A DNA stretch of 62,119 bases, counting the filler, from Bipalium vagum (lineage: Eukaryota): assembly GCA_037834085.1 (NCBI GenBank). It is 3 parts of 3 records of this genome, joined end to end, with 100 filler letters (N's around TTAATTAATTAA, not from the genome) between each part and the next. Parts side by side here need not be neighbours in the genome. Positions count along the whole stretch, not along the records: positions 1 to 19,979 come from JBBMKC010263014.1; positions 20,080 to 46,267 come from JBBMKC010158002.1; 1 more part is not named here. One strand, written 5' to 3'. The position numbers and the translations under genes were made by a program. Below, one piece after another: positions 12,051-26,323 of the stretch. How positions within the stretch are numbered: position 1 is the first letter of the stretch; the number at the start of each line of letters is the position of its first letter. The notes beneath the pieces were generated by a model. The model had not been told where the DNA came from. It worked only from the letters and a program-made list of their open reading frames with translations, and did no database searches.

Positions 12051-13348
12051 AACATCGGGACAGATATCACAATCAAGCCGATATCCATAGAAGAAAACTA
12101 CCCAGGTATTTAATGAAACATATCGCGAAGCGGTGTACAACTCATCCTTCGGTTTACCATCACATTAGTAGGAACAGCTGAGGTCGGGTCAAAGTTACTG
12201 TTGCGGGTCACATAATCACTAGCGTTCTCACTGTCCACTGCAGAATAGATGCTTCATTGTGGCCAGCACTGACATCAATTTCGAGCTTACCACTTGTTAA
12301 ATTCAGCTCATATGCATTAATGCCGATCTGTGATGTGTATTCACGAAGAAGCAGATGAGATAATACAAGACTTTGCTTACATTTCGTCTTCATGATTGAC
12401 TCAATAACCAAATTAGTAAACCGAAAAGTGGATGATGTAGAGATTTTTAAGACAGTTGATGAAAGACAGTAGAGATGGTTGCAGATGGGTGGAATGAAGT
12501 TGAAGATTTTGTGAGATTCAGGAGCGTTGGTTACGGTTTTGAGCGAACATTACTGGAAACAGCTAGATAGCCTAAGTTTAATAAAGGTAAACCTCTTAAG
12601 TGGTTTATTCTCAGTTTGAGGTGAGAGACCGCTTGTGGTTTATATGGGGGAGTCTGACGGCAGCACCAAAATTGATGATAAAACAATATTCAAAGTCATC
12701 ATGAACAGTTGGATCTATAAGTTCGGCAAACTCAAGAGTATCCTGACAGACCAAGAAAAGAATTTTGAGAGAGCTTGGTTACAAAAAAATTGAAAGATCT
12801 GGAAATCAACCACGAATTCAGCTCTCCGTATCAACTTTAATCCAATGGGTTAGTCAAAAGAAAAATTAGAACTGTCCGCGATATGCCGAGAACATCACTG
12901 AATGGAAGTTGTTTAGAAAGACACTGGTATCAACTACTTCCAAAGATAGAATTCAGTATCAAAGCAACTTATTAGAGCACTACGGAATTCTCATCGTTCG
13001 AAATTTTATTTGGATATAGCGTTTCTTACACTCCAGAAGGAATGGGACGGTCGTTCCAGAAACAGAGGTCACAACTCAGGTGAAAAGGAATTTAGATTTG
13101 GCAGCTGACAAAATGAGTGTTTTTGAGAAGGACAAGAGAGATCTTTGGCAATTCAGAATTGGCGAAGAAATGTTAGTAAGAAAGGAACCACAGAACAGAA
13201 AAAAAATAAATTGCAGTACGAAGGCCCCTATAAGATAACTAAATTTATATTGACACACGGTATCGAACTTAGTGGTCCAGTTGGAACAAAGTTAAGGAGA
13301 ATCGAGTGGTTGAATAAATACCAACAATCATGTACAACGGGGGAGTTA
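12050..13348 (+). mobile_element. Ty3/gypsy pol remnant (integrase core)
   Basis: SILTDQEKNFE...EINHEFSSPYQ..SNGLVKRKIRTVRDM (12735-12890), then a GPY motif (YEGPYKI) and a polypurine tract GGGGGAG just before an LTR. Confidence 0.8.
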
Positions 13349-13878
13349 TGTTGTTTACTTTTGATTTGTTTTAATAAATACTTTTTAATTTATCACGTGT
13401 TATCTTTTCTACATCGCTACATCTTTGGCTTAAGTGGTTCTTATTCTTTTATACTTTTAAATCCATTTTCAATATATGAAGATATAACAGAAAATTTTCC
13501 GATTTCAGTTTCAAAAAATGTTAAATCTATACATGATTTAAATAAACAATGAGTTGAGTTCGGTTGTCTTTAGATCATCTAACTGAGAGTAGGTTGAAAT
13601 CGCTTGTCAGGTAAAGATTCGTACATTAAATTATTATTTTCTTTTGCTTCTTTTCATTAACTCTATTCTATAATTATTCATTGACATATTTTTATTAACA
13701 ATTAACTAATTATTGATTCTCGTTAACATAGTTATTTGACATTTGGTTACTGTTTTTTTATAAGCGTTGTCAGTAGTTGTGTTATTTTTGATCTATTTGA
13801 ATTGGTGATTGTGTAGTATCTTGGTATCGATAAAGTTTTATTGTCGTACTGATTATTAATTTTCTTTCATTAACAACA
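13349..13878 (+). mobile_element. 3' LTR of the gypsy element
   Basis: Starts TGTTGTT right after the PPT and ends AACAACA (terminal inverted repeat). Confidence 0.65.
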
Positions 13879-14397
13879 ATTAGGGAAAGAGTAGGGACTA
13901 CAATTTTGAAGTCTTACTACTCATAAATATAACATTTTTAAGATTAATATTTTGAGATTATATATTTGTATATTATATATTGTATATTTACAAAAAATTT
14001 TTTTATAATTCAGAGAAAATGAGAGTCTATCTTCAAAATAATAATCAGTTTTAAAATAAAATTTAATTCAAAAAATAAAAAAGTTTATAAAATTATGAAT
14101 GAATTAGTTTTACATAAAATATCACCATTCTGCTGTTTGTTTAAATAGATCAAATTTTCAAATTTTTAAAATTTAATAATATTTAATAATGATAATGTAT
14201 TGTATTAATGAATTTTATTAATTGTTTTAATCATTTTAGCATATTTAATACATTAAATCACGTTATTTAATCAAAATAAAATAAAACAATAAAAACGACT
14301 AAAATTAATTGAAACATTAAATTTTAATAATAGGCCGCAATCAAAGTAATTTCGTCGGTAAAAGTACATATAGCATACATTTATATAAATATATCTA

Positions 14398-14777
14398 TAG
14401 GGAGCGGATGAAAATGAAACGGAACATTTCAAGTTCAACAGAGGCCACATTCACTTGAATTGTTGGCTATCATCACATGGGGTGTCGAAAAAACGAGTTG
14501 GATATTGTTTGTATCGGTAGCACAAGCCAGGTGACGCTTGCAAACATTCGACTGCTTCTTCATGTCTGGCGTCCTGTGTATTCGAGAAAACAGACGATAA
14601 GCGGACTCCGTTTGATTTTCTCCGCAAACAAAGCTTTTTTGTTGAGAAACCGAATTTTTCTGGTCTGCGTCTGTATTTGTTACTATAATGCTTTGACTCC
14701 TCACTTCTTTAAAAATGTTGTGTTCGTTCCCTTTTAAACCTTATCCGAATCAAAACACCCACTATTATCCGCTCCCT
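14398..14777. mobile_element. MITE/non-autonomous DNA transposon with TAGGGAGCGGAT termini
   Basis: TAGGGAGCGGAT at 14398 and ATCCGCTCCCTA ending 14777; a related single end AGGGAGCGGATA..TAGTGG..GGTGTTTT at ~10529. Confidence 0.75.
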
Positions 14778-16953
14778 AAGAACTGAATCAAAAATTCTAC
14801 AATAAAACTTTATTTGAATAAAACACAATCACACTGGAAAATAATAAACATAACTACAATCCACTTCTATAAATCCCCCTATAATGAATGAGTCCAATAA
14901 ATAAAAATGTCACCAATAATAATGATAAAAAAATTAAATACTGTTACTGTTTTAATAAAAGAGAAGAAAGAAATGATCACAAAAGCAAGAGTCGTGAGTA
15001 AAATAAATATTAACCTCATGAATTTCCAAAAATATTTAAAATCAATTGAATTGAATTTAATGGAAAATTTTACAAAACCGTTTTATCAAACTATTTTATA
15101 TTGTGTAAAATACTAATAAACCAAATGGATATTAATGACAAATCAAATGCACCTTTTTATTCTAATTTATCATAAAATATATGTTACGATATTAAATTAT
15201 TATGAGACCTTGTCTAAACAATTAGCTAAGTTAAATTTCTCAACAATGCTACAAAACCAAAATAAAGAATAGTAAGAGTCATTCAAATAATATCAATTAC
15301 TAAAAAATGTCAATAAAAATTATAATAACTCTCACAAATCCTGTCGACAAGTGGTTCAAAGGGACGTTTGCTGAGCCTGGCCCAGTTTTCTCAGAAACAC
15401 CATAACAGCGCAGTACCCACCTGTACCAAGATTTACTAAAAACACGTTTAATATAGACTTCAAATGTAAAATTTGAAGTCATTTTAAGATTATAATATTC
15501 TGGATTTGGTTTGTTTTGAATCATTTTTATGCTAGAAAAATTAACGACGGTTTGAAAATAAAAATTTTTCTGGGCAAACCAATTTTTAATTAATATTTTG
15601 AGTTTTAACTCTATTCTTTTTCACTAACTCTTAGATAAAAGCATCGGCAGAAAAAAAATGCATTCAAACATTCCAATAGCACGATTCTATCTTTGTTTCA
15701 ATGTTCTTGCACATGTTTACACCATCGATAATGGTTAATTATTTCGATTCCTTTATCCATTAGTTTTAACCTGTAAATTTCAATCTTTTTCTTTCATTTT
15801 CATAAAGATTTTGCTTCAACTAAATTAAATGATTGCAGTGAATTCTAAACGTTACAAGTCAGTCATTCCAACTAGTAGAATATGTCAGATAATTTTGAGT
15901 TAGATTTCAAAATAAATGTTACTTAAATAACAGTAATGAGTGAATTAGGAATCTTTTAAATATTTTATTGATATTAACAAAACTACAAAAAATATTAATA
16001 GATAACGTGGAATTTGAATCACAAATATAATTGATTTAAGCACGTTTTCGATGCATTAAAACATTATTTTTTGAATAGTAAAGATTTTTATCATATTAAA
16101 TTTAATTCACTCCAACAAATAGTCAGTAAGTATATCATTAACATTATCATTCTCATTCATCACACCAGAAGCTGGCCGTTAGGAAACACTGAAATTTTGC
16201 ATACATCCAAATTGAATTTCCCCGGAATCTGAACGAAAGAAATGTAACAGATCGAAATATAAAAATATTTTGGATTGAAATTATGACGATGAGTCATAGT
16301 GAATTGTCAACAATTATTTTAACTGGAATTTTTCAACAATAAAACTTTTTACATTTTAAGACCATCATTATTTAACAAAACCAATTAAAAACATTAATAA
16401 CCATAAAATATCACAGAAAGAGATTTTGGCAAACTCTTCTCAAACAATGACAATTAATTTTCTATCTTATATATTGTATATTTTGGTTAAAATAAATCAT
16501 AACAAAAAATCAAACATGAATATTACATAAATTTTATTTTACAAATATAAAATGATACAATATAAAAAGTTAATGGCAAAACTTTTGAAAACAGTGATTA
16601 AAACGATGTTAATATTTTATGGTGTTTTGTTTAGACTGTTTTGACTAACCAGCTGATGTCTTATTTTTAGCTTTGCTCTTAACATTTATTTGTATATAGT
16701 TTCGAAATGTTTTCTCCAGATTTTGAAGTCATGTTTCGTGAAAATGATTTTCATTTGTAATATCAATTTTATCAACGGAAATATTGTATAAAAAAGTTAA
16801 ATGTGACAATTGATTTTAACTATTCACCTCTTAATAACTTGACCTAATAAACAACTGATTTTGCAAATTCTCCATTGTCTAATAGCTAAGTGATTTCGTT
16901 TTTTGTTTGTTATTAGTGTCACTCGGATCTTAAATCACAAATATTCATCTCAA

Positions 16954-17520
16954 ATGTCAAGCAATCAGGATATTGTGGAAAAACGGCATGCCCTGACGGA
17001 ATGTGAAGATAAATACATTTGTAAAGTACGACGGTAAGTAGCATATTGTAATTTGGGCGCCATATTGGATTTTTTTTCTTGTTGATTTTCGTTCAAAACT
17101 AAAGCTGTTAAGTGATTGATTTCTGTATACCACGTTAATTCCATTGGCCTTTTGCTCTCAAGCAAAGTTTCCAAACATGACTTCGTTATTTTCCATTGAA
17201 ATTCAACGTTTTTACTGTTAATAGCGTGCTGTTCAAGGTCATATTTTTGGATCTGGAAATTTTTTATGTTTTAATATCCTATGAAAGTTAAACGAGTTTA
17301 TGATTGAAATCAACAGATATTTCTCTTGTTCAATGCTTTTTATCTATGTTTATTTTTCAGAAATGATCACAATTATCGTCAAGTTTATGAATATGATAAG
17401 AAAATGAAGAGAGAAATCGCCAACAGCAATGAACGACGTCGAATGCAAAGCATAAATATGGGATTTGAGACTCTGAAGCAATTGCTGCCAATGGCAATGG
17501 ATGGTGAAAAGTTGAGTAAG
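16954..17520 (+). CDS. TFAP4: Transcription factor AP-4 (bHLH; cropped-like), first two coding exons
   Basis: Exons 16954-17033 and 17361-17520 are phase-compatible and give ...KREIANSNERRRMQSINMGFETLKQLLPMAMDGEKLSK|gtaag, near-identical to the AP-4 basic/helix 1 region. The helix 2 exon is not seen before the spacer. Confidence 0.93.
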
Positions 17521-19979
17521 GTAAGCCTCATTTTTATTGAGATCAATGATCTGTAAATTGTGTAATTTGATCCTGTCGACAGTTAGTTTTTATGTTATCA
17601 AATATTATCAATACCCAAAATTGACGATTAAAATCACAGTTGACGTAACTTAATGTTTGTAATTATTGTGGATCTGAATTAATCAAAATATGCATAAATG
17701 GGGAATTGATATCCCAGATGCGTGGGTAAAAAGTTGGACAGATTAATTCAAAGTGGAAATGGAGATACTATATTTATTATATAAGGACATGTTCTATGTC
17801 GTATCATTTAAAATCCGAACTAATTTGCATTATTAGTTGAAAGGCTTTCTTTTCTGTCCCATGAAAATTTTCTTTTCACATCTTGATTTTATATATATTA
17901 GTAAGAACAAGTGTTAATAAAATAACTGTAAAACGTCAATTAAAACTTTATTATATTTAAATTTAGGAAATTTCATCTTAATATTTGATTTTTCATTGTC
18001 AATTACAGATTGGCTTATGCTTAGCAAATCTGGTGATAAGCTTTCAATCCATTTTTAAAACTACAAATAATTCACCTTCATTTGATGGAGTTATTCTACT
18101 AAATTTTATTACGAAAAACCAATAATATTTTTGGAGGTTTATATCTAGAATTTGATTGTCGACTGAGCTGAAAATAGAATTGGACATTTTGGATGTCGGC
18201 AGAAGGGTTTCTTTTTTTTGGCTTCATCAAATCATTGATAATTCGTAATTAAGTCGATTAAAAATTTACGATTTGTGAAAACAAATCCCGGGGTCTGTTT
18301 AATGAAATTTTAAAAAATATTTTCACGTTTCATAATCAAATTAAATTCTGTGAAAAAATGTAACAATACAACAATTATTCACGTTTTTATTTCGGTGTTA
18401 AGTCCAGAATTTTATTTATATTGTCTACCAAGATTAGAGATATTAAGATTTTGCATGATTTATAACCCTAATTGATTTTGGAAGGAAATCCCGTCGTCCT
18501 AACACGATTGGATTTATTGCAATGAATATTTATAAATCATCAATCAGTTGTTTTGATAAGAACATGGTTGATAAGCATTTCTAAAGGTTGATGAAAATGT
18601 CTTTATCTGTCTGTTCAGATATGAATTTATTTTCGTCTACGACAGTTAGTTAGATCAGTGAAACCAGTTTGTATTGCATTCTCCAATGCTCGAGTTGATA
18701 TCCAATCGCTTTGACATTGAATTAGAATTTCGTTTGTCTGTTTACAAAATCTATTTTTATAGATTTGTAGTTAAAAATAGACGAACAATGTTTCATAAAT
18801 AGCGTGGAAAAAATGTGTAGAATTTGAAGTTCAAAATAACTCTGAATCTGTGGAGTTAATTAGAAACATTTTTTTCAAGTATCTTTAACTTTGTCTAGAA
18901 GTCATTTATTTCGTCTTTCAAGTATTGAGGATATCCGTAATAGTTTTTCCTTAATTCTTTGGTGACATTTTTTAATTATTTATATTTATTGAAAAAAATT
19001 TTATACATTGCATTAACTTTTTGACTCAAAGAAAATGAGAAATTAGATTTTTTATAATAATTTTGTACTCTTAAAATGGCTTTGCAAATTTATTAAATTG
19101 ATTGAGTTAAATTTCGATCATAGATGTTGTGCTTGGGTCAAAGATCATTTCTTAAAAATCATAAAAAATGTAAAAATGAAATATTTTCTGTTAAAATGAT
19201 ATGTAATTTGAGGAAAGATTAAATTTATAAAATTTTTAACATATCCCAAATGGTAAATTTATAAAAAAAATGTATACATTATCCATTACCTTACCCAAAC
19301 TTTGAAATGAAGGTTATGTAATTTATCGAGAACAGGTTTTGATAATCAATTAGAATTTATCAATAATTTCAAGAATTTGACACGAATCAATTGTTATGGT
19401 AAGTTGAATAACCAAAGATCAATTGAATAAAATTGATTAATTTATATTTTAAAATCAATAAATTTGTGCATTTTTTAATAATTTAGTTATTTTCAGCTTA
19501 ACACTTTGACTAAAGTGTAATTGTTTTTATAATTGATAAAAATGCACGAAATAATATTAAAAAATTAAATTAATTTTAATTTTGTAAAATAATAAATATA
19601 AAGAATTTTAGTCTTCTATTTAATTTTTTAAAATTTAATTCATTTTATTAATAATATTAAAATTGTGTTAGTTATAATAGATAAAATTAAAATTAATTTA
19701 GAAATAAATATAAATGTAAAAATATTAGACTGTAAAATAGTATAAATTCGTGTACATAAATTATTTGGTAAAACTTTTCAAAATTTTTTAACAGTCTAGT
19801 TTTTGGATCATGTTTTTTTTTACCTTATTGGTCAAATAAAAGACTTGATGCAACTCGAAGGTCAAAATAAAAACTTGATCTAATTGGAAGGTAAAAAAAA
19901 ACTTGATGAAACTGAAAAAATATGACAATATGAAAGAAAAAGAAAACATCAAATATTTGTTACATTTTATTAAATGAAA

Positions 19980-20079
19980 NNNNNNNNNNNNNNNNNNNNN
20001 NNNNNNNNNNNNNNNNNNNNNNNTTAATTAATTAANNNNNNNNNNNNNNNNNNNNNNNNNNNNNNNNNNNNNNNNNNNN
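19980..20079. other. Artificial assembly spacer (N44-TTAATTAATTAA-N44)
   Basis: Exactly 100 nt, with stop codons in all six frames between the N runs; identical to the spacer at 46268. Confidence 0.97.
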
Positions 20080-21059
20080 GAATCTTCGAATATCGAGTTT
20101 TAAAAAGGACACTTTATAAAAATTTAAAAATTCAAAAATATGTTTAAATACTCACAGGAAGAAAATTATTTTTCAGGTCTTTATGTTTATATGTTTCAAG
20201 CAGCATGTGTTAACGATGTTTAGCTTACTGTTGTGTAGCTTATATAAAGTTTTATTTTGATTCGAACAAGTTATTAACTAAAGTGAAAAAGTAAGTAAAA
20301 TCCATAGTTAGTGTTACGCAGTTTTCCTGGTAACAAAAAATGTTCTTCTTACCTCAATGTAACAATAATGAGATTATGGTAAAACATTTATTTAAAAAAA
20401 AATATTTTTCACTAGATAAAAAATATAACATAACTGACTATAATCTTTTATTTATGAAATAAATGTTTTCATTGTTTATTTTAAAGAGAAAAAATTATTT
20501 ACCACCCTATTCTATTTTTAATAATAAAATATAAATCAATAATTGAAAAAATAAAACTTAATCACAACTGATCTTTCTACAAAAAATTTCATTTAATTAG
20601 TAATAAATTATAAGTGTTCAGAACAAAAAAGTTTAATGCTAATTAGGCTTTGACATCAATTATAATTATTGTGTATTTTAATTTTGATAATGACATTAAA
20701 TTGTATTCTCTACAGTTATAAGTTATTTATTCAGAGAAGTAATCGTTGCTCATACCCATGGATATTAATAGGAGATGCATAAAGATCTGAGTTTAAACAT
20801 TCAGAAAAAAGAAAATAATCAAACTTAATAGAAAAAGAAAATATTGAATACCAATGGGAATATTAACCAATATTTAATTATTACAGTTATTTTAAACAAT
20901 TATTAACCAATGGAAATTGAGTATTAGAATACATATTTTTTCAACTAGTCGAATATAAAAAGTTGTAAATCAAATAGTGAGTTCAACTTTCATTACTTTA
21001 AATGTATTAGAAGTATTATCTTCGTCAATATATATTCGTATCACTATCTCACTGACATT

Positions 21060-22311
21060 CGTGGTAAGCCTATGAAGTACTTAGACTATACCAGAAATAA
21101 TGAAGATAACTGAACAACCTTTTTATTAACAATACATATATATGTATAGGTCTTATTTCTTGACATAACTGCTGCTTACATCAACGCCTTTATTTAAACG
21201 GTCGACCATTCCATTAAAACCCATTTTAAAGAAATTTTGATCCTTCTCCGTGAAGAATTTCGTCACATTATCCTTCATTTCATCATTTGAAAAAAAATTT
21301 GCCCTCGCATATATTTCTTCAGGATGGTTGAAAAACCGAAAATCACTTGGTGCCAGATCTGGAATGTCAGGGAGATGGTCCAATTGCACAATTACAGCTT
21401 TTGCTAATGTTTCTTGGGATTTCTTTGATGTGTGAATAGGAGCATTACATGGAGCAGAAAAAGGTAATGGTTCCGAGGCTTTCGTCGGATAGTTTGGGTT
21501 TGAAGTAAGAAATTAATGTAGTAATCGGATTTTATGATTTCTTCAGTAAAATCTACCTTCAAGATTTCTTTTCTATCCAAAAAGATGGTCAACATGGCAC
21601 ATTTACGATAACAAATACCCAGACAAAAGACTTTAGATGGTTTCTCATTTTGGAAAACCCATTCCTTTGACTCTCTTTTAGAGTAAGGAATGCAGAGACG
21701 TCTACGTCTCGTCTGTAGATATGATATTCCATAAAAATTTGTCTAACAGCATCTAGAAAACGAAGACCCCTTTTACAGGCCATTTTTCATCTAGCCATCA
21801 TCTCGACTGTTAGAAATCTTGACACAAATATTCGATTGGTTTAGAAGCTACTGTGTGGTTCCTTTGCATACATTTAGCTTTCCAGACAGCTCAGCTTGAG
21901 TAATTTTTCGTTCTTTTTTTAAAATATCTTTCAATTTTGTAATAATTTCTTCATTATTTTCGGTAGATCTTCCACCTTTGTTGCTTCATAAGTACTTGTA
22001 CGTCCAGATGAAAATTCTGGAATATATATGGTTGCCTCACACGGGACTTCTTCACTGTATACGCCTTTCAGATCATTAATAATCTACTCCTTTTATAGAT
22101 TCCTTCATTAGTAAAGAGTGGATCACACTTCGGAATTCTACATTTTCAAACATTTTTTTGAATTTATCATATCTAGTGGAAATAAAAATTAGAATATTTA
22201 AACAAATCATTTATTTCATACGTATATATGATTATTATTTTATGTGCAAAATTTTATTTAAATATATTCATTATTTCTGGTATAGTCTAAGTACTTTTTA
22301 GCCTTACCAAG
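21060..22311 (-). mobile_element. Near full-length decayed mariner element
   Basis: ~45 bp TIRs (GGTAAG.CTA..AAGTACTTAGACTATACCAGAAATAATGAA) at both ends; PDLAPSDFRFF motif at 21330-21365. Confidence 0.92.
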
Positions 22312-24279
22312 TATGCTTATTGATAACATATTTTAGTCATTTCAAGGTATAGAAATAGGTGTATAATTCCATTTCTCTACAATAAATTTATCATAGCTGT
22401 GAAATGCTTGATGAAAATAGATGATGTTGCTATGATAATCCAGATTGTGAGAAATGGAAACTGTCAAAAATAACAGAGGTTATTTTTGTTTCCATTTAAA
22501 AATACTTATTTTGCTAGTTGATTTTTTCTTAATGATCATTTAAAGATTGCGATTTGGCAGATCCAGATGTTGGTTTTCCAGAAGTTAATGAAATTTTGAA
22601 TGTTCATACTTTATTTTGAAGAAGATTTCAGCCTAAGATACCAAAACTTGTGTGAATTATGCGGAGTTTGAAGAAATATTGTATTTAAATCCATATTTCA
22701 ACCATGAGACGGAGAATTAGCACAAAAGCTCAGATTTGTATATAGAATTACACCCAAAGTCAAGTTGGTAGAATATGACTTTCTATTCAATAAAGATAAA
22801 TTAAAACTAATATTATTCCGATTATTACTCCTACTGTTACATGTATAGCATAACAAAGTCTTATTATAACAGAAAAATTTTCAATAAAATGCACTACTTA
22901 AATTTAAAAATGAACAAATAAAATTATTAAATATTTTTGATAAAGTGAATAACATAATTAAATCTATAATGAAAATCAGGCAGAGGTGTCAATAGTGAGT
23001 CATGTAACCGCTCCTTACGACATAATCTTGAATTCTTGGAATAATATAAAAGAATTATTTCCTCTTGGGTTATGTAGTATTGTTCTTGTTGAAGCTAAAT
23101 TTTTCATTTATCCAATGTTTTATGAGTACCAAAAGAAGACTGTTACTGATGACTCATGATATCCAATAAATGTTCTACAGGGAATAAAGCTGATGAATTT
23201 ACTGGCCAAGTTATTGTTTTCACAAATGATTTTTTCAAAACCTTGTTATACTTCCAATAATTAAAGTAATATGGGTCTTTGAATTTCATAGATATAACAA
23301 AGTAAATTCAAATTATCCAAAACAGATATCATAATTCCAGATAACTCCCTTGTGGCATGGTAACTTTAAGTCAATATTTTGTTGTTCGTCACGATAATGT
23401 CTCACCATTAAGGGTCCATCACTTTGCCATAATCAAAAGCTTAATTAGTCAGTGAGGTGATGTAATTTCATTCTTCATTCTAATGATGGTTTTCTTGACA
23501 CCATAAGGCTTGCAGCTTTATAATGTGATCTAAGTGATAAAGATAGCTTTGTATGGTATGAGCGCAAGTCAATATTACTCAATCTTTGATATTTAGTGCT
23601 TGCGATAAATATTTCCTGATATTCATTTTCTAATTTATGTCAATTTTGTGGTCAGCATAAATCTATCAGATATGACATGAGAATTTTATTTTCACTTTCG
23701 CTGGTACTTCAATGTTATCATTGTCACTGTGAGGATGTTGAAAATCTTCCTCACACAACGTATTCAAAGCCCACAAAATAGTGGAATCATTTCTTCCAGG
23801 ATATTTGGTTATTCATCAGAAACTTATTTCACATTCATAAAGTCCTACTATATAACCTTTTTCAAAACCTAACAACTATATGAAATGTTATGTTTGCCTT
23901 ATTCCATTCACTCTACTTAACTTAATACGAGTATTTCTTATGAATTACATATTTATATATTTAAATTATACTTAAAAAATGTGGATATCTGTTTAAACTA
24001 AACAACAGATGCAATAATTTCGATACCAATTTATTAAAATAATAAGTGATTGTTTTTATTGAAAATGAGAATATATTTAATTTTAATATTTATAGTTATA
24101 AGAACATTTTAAAGCTATACTATTAAGTCGTAAAGTCTGAAATGCATAATTGTATCTGGTCCTACCTTAACTTGAATTTTTCCGCAAATTTTTATTGTAA
24201 ATTAATAATTCATGTTTTATTATTTTGTCAGAACAACACAGTTTAAAATATGGTGTTAGACACAAGTCTATATTTTCAA

Positions 24280-25075
24280 AAATAATTTGTAAATTATGGC
24301 TTCCAGATAATGAAAAACTCGAAAATTCGTATTATCTTGGAATATATCGTGTAAGTTCTGGGGATGATCCACCATGGTCCAAACCACACGGTACATGAAA
24401 GATGGGTTTGGGAATAGTGTGTATTATCAAAGCACCACTATTCGTACATTTGCAAAATTCAAATCTGTTGACTTTGACTGTGAAAATCAGACCCGAGGTA
24501 GACCTAAAACCAAAGTCAACATTGACTAATTGAACGCCATAGTGTCTAACACGGAACAAAAAATGACCTGTTTACAATAACATAACATAATAATTTAAGT
24601 AAGTCATCGCAGGCAACTGCAAAAAAATTTGCATTTGAAGGTGATGTTATGCATTTGATGGGATATGGAGACAGTTATTTATTACGAACTGATTGGACAG
24701 ATTATCAATACGGAGAGATAAGAAGGCGATGTTAAAAACTTATGAAATCAATGAACAGAAATATTTTGAACTTTCACCAATTCAACAATCAACCGTTTAA
24801 TGAGACCCAAACGCAAACGAAGGACCATCGTACTCACTAATTGTAGCTACTTTGGATTTTCATCTTTTTCAATCGCTTCAAAAATGTCTGCACAAACAAC
24901 AAATTAATTCAATTGAGAATATCAATGATTTTTTGAAGTTGGTAAAATGAGCTTACCACAACGTTGGAAAAATTAATCGAAAACAATGGTCAATATTTTT
25001 TTGAATAAAATAAACATTTTTATATTAAGACTTCTTATATGGTGAAAATAATACAGGACTTATTCCACAATCAAA
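24280..25075 (+). mobile_element. Decayed mariner remnant
   Basis: Fragmentary FAKFKSVDFDCENQ (HTH end), VIYYEL, DFHLFQSLQK and LPQRWK motifs. Boundaries approximate. Confidence 0.65.
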
Positions 25076-26125
25076 TATTTTTGCTAAAACAAATTTAAAT
25101 ATTTAAATGATCTTCTTATGTTAATTGCATCAGTATAGTGGGCAAACTTTCGTACAACAATTGTTCGGGTCTTTAAGATCTCTAATAAATGAATACCCTG
25201 CACTTAAACTAATCGCTTTACATTTCTTGACAAAGAAAAGTCTGTGTATTAAGGTCAAGTGACTTTGGTGACCATTCACATTCTATCAAAATTCTAGGTT
25301 AGAGTTATCGAACTAGTTAATGATCAATGTCCAAAAGCACAGTATTTCTTGGTTATAAGTCGAAATCTATAGAAAAGAAAAAACTGTTATAATTTACCCA
25401 AAAATATAAAAATGTAATTTAAATGAAAATCTTTGAAGGATAAATTAAATAAGACATTTTATTATATTTGTAAAATTAAATTAAAGTAAACTCAAACACA
25501 TTTCCGTGTAGTAATTTAAGAATTATTAATATTAAAATAACTGTTATCAGGTAATATAGCTTGAATTAATAAAATCTTTCCTGATAATCTTTTTAAAAAT
25601 TTTTTGGTTGATTGTAAATTTCAAACATTCATTCTAAGCTGGCGATATTAAAAATATAACTCAGGACATGTCAATGATAAATACAAACTGTTTTATGAAA
25701 CATTAATTTTATTTACATTCACTCTTATTTATCTATTATTCAATATGTTCAAAAGTCTAAGTTTTGAAATAGAAATATTGAATAATAAAAAATATTAAAA
25801 TTTTGTTAAGAAGATAATTTTTGCACTGCTGAAATCCATAAATTATAAACTTTCATAATGAATTTTAAAACTTAATTTGAAATAATTGTAATAATAAAAT
25901 TATAAGTGAAAACAAAATCAAAATATCACTTTACAGAATTTTAAATTATATTTCAATTTATTTTAACTAATCATATAGTAAATTAGATTTGTTTAATACT
26001 ATTAATTTAATTTAAATTATATAAACAATTAACTTAAAGGGGGTGCGATTATTATTATGCATTTATTTTTTATTGACGAAAATATATGTTAAAATTATCT
26101 GTATTTATAAGATATTTAATATATT

Positions 26126-26323
26126 ATGGAACTCGAAAATATTGTTGCAAATACTGTGTATATAAAGGCGAAAGAAAGTACTTGAATGATTTATAAACTT
26201 ATGAACTATATTTAATTAAAATTTAAGGTGGTATGAACAAAGATAAAGGAAGAAGTAAAAAATGGAGAGAATTATTGAAATTTCCACATATATCAGAGTG
26301 TGGAAATTTGATTCATGAAATTG
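26126..26323 (+). CDS. G protein-coupled receptor kinase (GRK4/5/6 subfamily), first two exons
   Basis: Exons 26126-26177 and 26228-26323 give [17 protein letters not shown]|[32 protein letters not shown]|gtaagt, the GRK5/6 N-terminus. Later exons not found. Confidence 0.9.

Noticed and set aside
20024-20035. TTAATTAATTAA as a biological motif
   Set aside because: Centred in an exact 100-nt N spacer occurring twice; synthetic.
22500-23900. Possible piggyBac-like transposase remnant on the minus strand
   Set aside because: Only vague motif resemblance; no termini or TTAA duplication identified.
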